Assembly (NCBI GenBank): GCA_041664625.1
Contig: JBAYKK010000004.1
Span: 2,343 to 66,342, forward strand
DNA from: Minisyncoccota bacterium
GTDB lineage: Bacteria; Patescibacteriota; Minisyncoccia; Phycocordibacterales; WO2-35-19
DNA length: 64,000 bases
Direction of reading: 5' to 3'
The notes below the pieces were generated by a model, which made no database searches, was not told where the DNA came from, and saw only the letters and a program-made list of their open reading frames with translations. Numbering within the stretch: the stretch's first letter is position 1; each line of letters starts with the position of its first letter. Positions 59,793 to 64,000 of the stretch are shown here, piece after piece. The position numbers were made by a program, and so were the translations under genes.

Positions 59793-60644
59793 ATGAAAAA
59801 AATAATTTTAGCCACATTTCTTCTTTTCCCAACTTTTGCATTTGCTCAGATACCGGATTTTCCCATGGCATTTTATGGATCTGTGACAATAAACAGCAAT
59901 CCGGCACCCTCAGGCTCAGTTGTAAAAGCATATTACGGAAGTATCGCCTTAGAAAATATTGCTGGTGAAATTGTTGTAAAAGCGAATGGCATTTATGGAG
60001 ACGATACTCCAATTGGCCCAAAACTTCTTGTCACTAAAGATGACGGGGAAATAGTCTTTACGATCCAATCTCCATCTATATCTAACAATCAAGAAACCGG
60101 CGGCTCTTCCGAAGTTTCTTATCCAAATTTTGAGAGTGGAAGTGTGCATTTTAATTTAGCTTTTACTTATGAATCTCCCGTGCCACCATCAACACAAACT
60201 AGTTCAAACGGTTCCTCTGGATCAAGAAGTGGCGGCGGAGGCGGAGGAGGCGGCTCAAGCAGAATTGCTCCTGCAACTTCATTGCCAAGCGGACAGGTTT
60301 TAGGAGCTAGTACATACAATTTTTCTCGCAATTTGTCTGTAGGTTCTTCTGGCGAAGATGTTACAGAATTACAAAAAATATTGACCTCCGAGGGTGTATA
60401 TACGGGTCCCATAACTGGATATTTCGGTTCATTAACAAAATTGGGAGTAATAACTTTTCAGAAAAAATATAGTATTGATCCAGTTGGGATCGTTGGTCCT
60501 GCCACTCGCGCAAAACTCAATTCAAGCGCTACTCAAACCACTACAACCGGAACGATGACAATAGATCAAATGAAAACTCTACTCGCCCAGCTTCAGGCTC
60601 AACTCACTACTCTCATTGCCAAACTGAACGCTTCGGTACAATAA
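59793..60644 (+). CDS. Secreted protein with Gly/Ser linker and C-terminal peptidoglycan-binding domain
   Basis: Signal peptide; 'SGSRSGGGGGGGGSS' linker; 'YNFSRNLSVGSSGEDVTELQKIL...GPITGYFGSLT' shared with 20146-23766. Confidence 0.55.
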   Translation: MKKIILATFLLFPTFAFAQIPDFPMAFYGSVTINSNPAPSGSVVKAYYGSIALENIAGEIVVKANGIYGDDTPIGPKLLVTKDDGEIVFTIQSPSISNNQETGGSSEVSYPNFESGSVHFNLAFTYESPVPPSTQTSSNGSSGSRSGGGGGGGGSSRIAPATSLPSGQVLGASTYNFSRNLSVGSSGEDVTELQKILTSEGVYTGPITGYFGSLTKLGVITFQKKYSIDPVGIVGPATRAKLNSSATQTTTTGTMTIDQMKTLLAQLQAQLTTLIAKLNASVQ

Positions 60645-60709
60645 AAAAATATAAGTGTGCTTGTGAGTACCTTCACGAGTATGCGAATAAGATCAAAGAT
60701 GCAATAAAT

Positions 60710-61300
60710 ATGACCATCATCAAACAATGTTTCGAGACGATTATGAACGGCAGCAAGGAAGAGAGTCGCCAAGCAGCACGCAGAGTAGGCAAACTTGTGT
60801 ACAGCTCACCTGCAGAAGGCCAAGAAAAATACACGGAAATTGTAGCTTTGATTAAAACCGCACAGGAAGATTATGCTCGTATTTCAGAAGATTGGCGACA
60901 GGAGAATTTTGTGATGGCGATTTCAGTTATGTATTTTTTGCACGACAAAGAAGACCAGCCGGATTTTATTTTTCCTTGGCTTTTTCAGTTGTTACAGCAT
61001 CAAAATGGTTATATTCGTTACGCCGCAGTTAAAATGATTTCTCACGAAATTGGTCCATTAACGGTTCATATTCGTTTTCCCGGCGACAGACCTATTCTCG
61101 GAGATAAATTGAAACCAGATCAGGCTGACAAAATTTTACATTCGCTTTTTATGAGTTTAAACGGTTTGCTGTCTGTTTTATGGCAGCCGAAATATAAACG
61201 ATACAAATATATTGATTCCTTACCCGCAAGTCCTTATAAGTCAGTACAAATGGTTTTGACCGAGTTGAAGGAATCTTGTGATAGAAATCACTGGTATTAG
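60710..61300 (+). CDS. Hypothetical protein
   Basis: 196 aa, no family recognised. Confidence 0.3.
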   Translation: MTIIKQCFETIMNGSKEESRQAARRVGKLVYSSPAEGQEKYTEIVALIKTAQEDYARISEDWRQENFVMAISVMYFLHDKEDQPDFIFPWLFQLLQHQNGYIRYAAVKMISHEIGPLTVHIRFPGDRPILGDKLKPDQADKILHSLFMSLNGLLSVLWQPKYKRYKYIDSLPASPYKSVQMVLTELKESCDRNHWY

Positions 61301-61319
61301 AAATAGACAAAAACTGATA

Positions 61320-61595
61320 GCAAAAAACTCCCATCTCTGGAAGTTCTTTGCGGGAATAGCAAGCTACTTTGAAGGGAGAAAAGATTTCGTCGCTTGTCTC
61401 ACACTTCGTTCGCTTCCCGACTCTCAATTATGCTTCTGTTATGCTCAGCCGAGCTCTTGGTATATCCGTAAACCAGTATGTTGCTTTTTACCGCACCTTC
61501 TGTCTTTCGACAAATCCACCGCACAAGGCGGATGACGGTCTTATTACAACCTCCGTTCCAAGCAAAGCTTGAAAATACCAATTCTCGCTACTCCA
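61320..61595 (-). ncRNA. Unclassified structured ncRNA, copy 2
   Basis: Perfect reverse-strand -10 TATAAT (61601-61606); same closing helix and U-tract terminator as copy 1; 11 substitutions relative to copy 1, including UAAA->GAAA in a tetraloop and a G-C->G·U change in the terminator stem. Confidence 0.55.
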
Positions 61596-61651
61596 CTTGT
61601 ATTATAGCAAATCGAGTAGAACAGATGTATATTATGTAATAATATTTTGAT

Positions 61652-61796
61652 ATGGATCTAGACGAAATTTTAGAGTTGGTAAAATAAGGAGTTATTGAAC
61701 CCGAGCAGATTGAGGATTTTGAAAATTTGGATTCAGAAATTCAGGAACTTGTAGCCGAAGGTAATTTGGATATAAGCGAAGCTTTGGATTTATAAA
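61652..61796 (+). pseudogene. Disrupted paralog of the small acidic protein gene
   Basis: MDLDEILELVK-stop(TAA)-GVIEPEQIEDFENLDSEIQELVAEGNLDISEALDL; GAA->TAA at codon 12. Confidence 0.5.
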
Positions 61797-61818
61797 CTAT
61801 TTGTTTTACAATTAAACT

Positions 61819-62952
61819 ATGTCTCTCTTCAAAAAAATCTTTCTTTATTTTCCGACCCTTTTAGGAGTTTCCATGGTTTTGTCTATTCCTGTTGGAATAA
61901 TATTTACCAAAACTCAATACGGCTCTGGAGGATTAGAAATGTTGGGCAATCTGATTGATTACTTTTTTAGCGGAACAAAACTTACAGGTTTGTTTTTTAT
62001 GTGGCCCCTCGCAGTTTTACTAGAGCTTCCTATAATTCTATCCATAATTTTCCCTTTAGCTATCGTATTTGTTAAATTCAAGTTTGGGTATTTTACAACA
62101 ATGGAGACTATATTCTGTGTACTTGGTGCAATTTCTGCTCTGATGGTTTTTTACATGAAAAAACGAGGCCAGTTCAATTGGTTTAGGAAAAAAGACGAAC
62201 AAATAATCAACTCTCCAGTCGATAACAAAAACCACATACCCACAGTTGTAAGTAATTTTTCAATAGCAGCATGGGTGGTATTTTTAACTTTCTTTCTGTC
62301 ATACTACACAGGTCATTACATATTAATCCATCTTAATGACTATTTTGTTTACACCGGTGGTAGTTGGATAGGCCTGGACAAATCAACAATGGAATTTTTA
62401 ACAGGATTACCAGTAACCTACGCGTTTCTGATCGGTTTTCTTTTTACTCTATTTAGCAAAACAAAGTCGTGGAACTCACACCTTTTGGCACTCACTCCAT
62501 CTCTACTATTATCAGGCATAGGTGGAGTAATATGGCTTTTTTGGACCGTAACTTTTTTTGTTATTGGCTTTCTGACCGCAAAACTATTAAACAAAATATC
62601 AACAGCTGAAGGAAGAAGAAAGGTTATGGGTTATATCGCTATTGTAGCAATTTTAGCCTCTGGTATTTACGCTTTCAATTGGTATCTGAATAGAGACGTG
62701 TTGAAAGTCGTTAACTATCAGTGTGCTGCTACTGAAAAATTCAAAGTCAAATTTTATGATGATTATATAATGTTAGAAAAATTCAATAGCAATCCAGTAA
62801 GGTTGAACTATTCTTTGCAGTCTGGCTCTTGGACTAAATACATGACTAGCAACGAAGTAATGACATTGTGGATTAATGGAGATAAAGCTTATACAACTCA
62901 AAACGGTCAAAAAAATCCTACTCCCCATTATAGAGATTGTGTTGAAAATTAA
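61819..62952 (+). CDS. Polytopic membrane protein
   Basis: 377 aa, ~8 TM helices, soluble C-terminal ~90 aa. Confidence 0.4.
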   Translation: MSLFKKIFLYFPTLLGVSMVLSIPVGIIFTKTQYGSGGLEMLGNLIDYFFSGTKLTGLFFMWPLAVLLELPIILSIIFPLAIVFVKFKFGYFTTMETIFCVLGAISALMVFYMKKRGQFNWFRKKDEQIINSPVDNKNHIPTVVSNFSIAAWVVFLTFFLSYYTGHYILIHLNDYFVYTGGSWIGLDKSTMEFLTGLPVTYAFLIGFLFTLFSKTKSWNSHLLALTPSLLLSGIGGVIWLFWTVTFFVIGFLTAKLLNKISTAEGRRKVMGYIAIVAILASGIYAFNWYLNRDVLKVVNYQCAATEKFKVKFYDDYIMLEKFNSNPVRLNYSLQSGSWTKYMTSNEVMTLWINGDKAYTTQNGQKNPTPHYRDCVEN

Positions 62953-62955
62953 AAC

Positions 62956-63462
62956 ATGGAAATAAAATCACAATTAACAAACAGATCGGGTCAAAAATTG
63001 GACATCATTTATTACGAGGGTGTAGATCCAAATAAAAATTTAGAAGGTAAAATATTATCCGGAGTACATGGCTTTTGTTTTTATAATGGGAAATTGGTTA
63101 TAGTCTATGCGGAAAATAAGAAATACTGGACTCCACCAGGAGGCGCCATTGAGCCAGGAGAAACATACGAGCAAGCTGTTATTCGAGAAGTGCTGGAAGA
63201 AACTAATATGAAAGTACTGCATCAAGAACTTATCGGCTACCAAGATATTTACGAACCAAACAGGACAATCAGACAGACACGCTCATTTTGTATAGTAGAA
63301 CCTTATGGAGAATTTACTGGTGATCCGGACGGTGATATTACGGAAATTAAACTCATCGATCCTAAAGATTTGAAACAGTATATTGATTGGAAAGAAATCG
63401 GAGACAGAATACTGGAAAGAGCCGTGGAAATGTTTAAAAAATATAACACTGAAAATTTATGA
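62956..63462 (+). CDS. NUDIX hydrolase
   Basis: Nudix box 'GGAIEPGETYEQAVIREVLEETNM'. Confidence 0.75.
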   Translation: MEIKSQLTNRSGQKLDIIYYEGVDPNKNLEGKILSGVHGFCFYNGKLVIVYAENKKYWTPPGGAIEPGETYEQAVIREVLEETNMKVLHQELIGYQDIYEPNRTIRQTRSFCIVEPYGEFTGDPDGDITEIKLIDPKDLKQYIDWKEIGDRILERAVEMFKKYNTENL

Positions 63463-64000
63463 AATTATTTTTGGGAGGTGGTGGAGGAAAAGAAGATTCA
63501 ATTGAGCTCGACAAGAGATTTGTCGCATCTTTAGATTTATTCAAACCGCTCTTATATATTCCAATAGCGACAAACACTGACAAATATTCATACTCTGGGT
63601 GTGTTGCATGGTTGTTGAGCATTCTCGGACCATTAGGTGTTACAAATATCGTGATGTGGGTTGAAGATGATTTAAAACAAAAGCAAGAAAAAGATTTTGA
63701 ACAATTTGGCGGAGTATATATCGGGGGTGGAAACACTTTTAAACTCCTAAAAGAGCTTAAGGAATTCGGGACATTTGAAATATTAAGAAAACTAGCGGAA
63801 AAAGATATTCCAATTTATGGCGGTAGTGCTGGATCCATCATACTTGCAAAAACGATTATTCCCGCGTTATCCGCAGATGAAAATCTTGTTGAATTAACCG
63901 ATTTTACTGCTTTGAATCTGGTTAATAATTATGAGATTTGGTGTCATTACGCCGAGACAATGGACTCGTTGATAAAAAGTTATATAGATAAATATTATTT
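63459..64000 (+). CDS. Peptidase E / S51-family peptidase (3' partial)
   Basis: 'GGGNTF...IYGGSAGSII' S51 motifs; ATGA start/stop overlap with NUDIX gene; runs off window end. Confidence 0.55.
   Translation, partial: MKLFLGGGGGKEDSIELDKRFVASLDLFKPLLYIPIATNTDKYSYSGCVAWLLSILGPLGVTNIVMWVEDDLKQKQEKDFEQFGGVYIGGGNTFKLLKELKEFGTFEILRKLAEKDIPIYGGSAGSIILAKTIIPALSADENLVELTDFTALNLVNNYEIWCHYAETMDSLIKSYIDKYY

Noticed and set aside
60225-60260. GGCGGCGGAGGCGGAGGAGGCGGC repeat
   Set aside because: It is an in-frame poly-Gly linker codon run inside CDS 59793-60644, not a CRISPR or regulatory repeat. No CRISPR arrays (regular repeat-spacer units) were seen anywhere in the window.

Overview
This 64-kb window is AT-rich (~38% GC), standard genetic code, with tRNA genes that do not encode CCA. 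It resembles a streamlined CPR/Patescibacteria-like bacterial chromosome.

Housekeeping content:
- cysteine desulfurase
- infB-rbfA with tRNA-Cys and tRNA-Leu
- tRNA-Lys and tRNA-Leu
- RNase P RNA
- an ABC solute-binding protein
- gyrA and uvrC-uvrA-uvrB
- divergent tRNA-Ser and tRNA-Glu
- a NUDIX hydrolase and peptidase E

Accessory content:
- Two related integrative elements, each with a large serine recombinase next to tRNA genes. Their shared backbone is recombinase, a variable defence-cargo slot, a secreted thermonuclease, MltG, and a ~275-nt structured ncRNA of unknown class that occurs in two copies.
- Element 1 appears to be bounded by tRNA-Leu(TAG) and a 17-22 nt duplicate of that tRNA's 3' end about 23.7 kb downstream. 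It carries a ThsB-like TIR protein with a membrane partner, an SF1 helicase-DUF559 nuclease, and a prophage-like module (terminase large and small subunits and two DNA methyltransferases, one ParB-fused).
- Element 2 carries an EcoRI-methylase-like N6-adenine methyltransferase, a DUF262-HNH nuclease, a coiled-coil membrane protein and a membrane-anchored DUF2726 nuclease-like protein.

Other notable features:
- seven tandem paralogous two-TM proteins with VirB2/TrbC-like topology
- a secreted S8 protease and a large Ig-repeat surface protein with a C-terminal peptidoglycan-binding domain
- a riboswitch-like leader with three-way alternative pairing
- a small palindromic repeat element present once as the infB terminator and once inserted in-frame in uvrB
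- no CRISPR array
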